Source of the DNA: Bugula neritina
Taxonomy: Eukaryota; Animalia; Bryozoa
Direction: 5' to 3'
DNA: 64,000 bases
NCBI GenBank assembly: GCA_964035545.1
Contig: OZ037765.1
Span: forward strand, 22,505,504-22,569,503
The notes beneath the pieces were generated by a model. The model saw nothing but the letters and a program-made list of their open reading frames with translations, did not search any database and was not told the DNA's origin. Shown here piece after piece: positions 62,960-64,000 of the stretch (position 1 is the first letter of the stretch; every line of letters begins with the position of its first letter). Position numbers and translations under genes: made by a program.

Positions 62960-63900
62960 TTGGTATTACTGTTACTGTATTAGTGTTACTATAAGTACAA
63001 CCATTAGTATTACTATTAGTATTATTTAGCACGAGTATCAGTATAAGCAATACTATTACTATTACTATTAGTATTATTATTACTATTAGCAGTAGTAATA
63101 ATTATAATATTAAATTTATTAATACTAAGTCTAATAGTTAGAGTAATAATACTAATAGACATACTCAGAGTAAAACTAAAACTGTAAAAAGTAAATGTAA
63201 TAGTAATACTAATGGTAATACTGATAGTAATAGTACTATTAGTAGTACTATTAGAATTACTTTTAGTATTACTATTAGTATTACTATTAGTAATACTAAT
63301 ACTAACAGTAACTCTAAGTATAACACTAATACTATAAGTATAAGTATTACTACTAGTACTAGTAGCATTAATGATTACTCATTACTCAAGCTAATACTAA
63401 TACTAATAGTAATAGTAATATTAATACTAAGACTGACGAGTGACAGTAATATTTAGACTTATACTTATAGTTATATTATTACTAACTGCCAAGTTTATAG
63501 TTATAGTTATACTAACTATTACTATTACTAATAGTAATACTATTACTAATGCCATTACTAATACTAATAGTAATACTAATAGTATAGTTAGTATTAGTAT
63601 TACTATTAGTATTAGTATTAAGTGAGTAAGTCTAATACAGTAATAGTAATAGTAATACTAATTGAGTAATACTAATTATAATAGTAATTGTCTATAAGTG
63701 TAAGTATAACATTAAGACTTAAAGTTAAGTTTAACTATACTTGTATAATTATTATTAACTAAAGTTAGTATAAGTATAACTATAACTTAAGTATAAGTAT
63801 AACTGTATAACTATAAGTTAATAGTATAACATTAACAGGTGATTAACTATAATCTACAAGTATAACTATAAGTATAAGTATTACTATTACTATTAGTATT
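62960..63900. repeat. Cryptic tri/hexanucleotide low-complexity tract (TAA/TAG/TAC, AGTATA)
   Basis: About 940 bp of degenerate NTA-type periodicity upstream of RASSF; generates spurious Leu/Ile/Val-rich ORFs. Confidence 0.9.
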
Positions 63901-64000
63901 TTCTTCATATTGAATCTTGATGTTACTATAATGATGGCAAGTTTTTTTTAATAATAGCACTAATCGTGTCATGAACTTAGATCAAATTTTAGAGTGTAGT

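Noticed and set aside
63165-63625. Hydrophobic Leu/Ile/Val ORFs as membrane proteins
   Set aside because: Translation artefacts of the trinucleotide low-complexity tract.

Overview
AT-rich, intron-containing eukaryotic genomic DNA, probably from an invertebrate (species not determinable). Six spliced genes were reconstructed by hand with phase-consistent junctions: the 3' half of an inactive rhomboid (iRhom/RHBDF, +); a 15-coding-exon retinal-type receptor guanylyl cyclase (+) that has essentially no extracellular domain; a two-exon rhodopsin-family peptide GPCR (+); tRNA pseudouridine synthase PUS1 (-) head-to-head with UNC119 (+) across a Staf/ZNF143-like bidirectional promoter; and RASSF7/8 (-). 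The window also holds three copies of a tRNA-headed SINE, three MITE-like families, minisatellites and a gene-poor stretch at 28-38 kb with a possible spliced non-coding transcript. Most notable: (1) the ectodomain-less guanylyl cyclase, whose in-frame TGA just before the TM helix appears to align with a conserved juxtamembrane Cys; (2) tandem arrays that multiply a real splice junction (12 donor copies in PUS1, 5 acceptor copies in iRhom) where only the exon-proximal copy keeps the frame; (3) a probable U2-type AT-AC intron and a candidate 21-nt poison microexon in PUS1. No prokaryotic features, CRISPR arrays, rRNA or intact tRNA genes were seen. All models are manual and need transcript confirmation.
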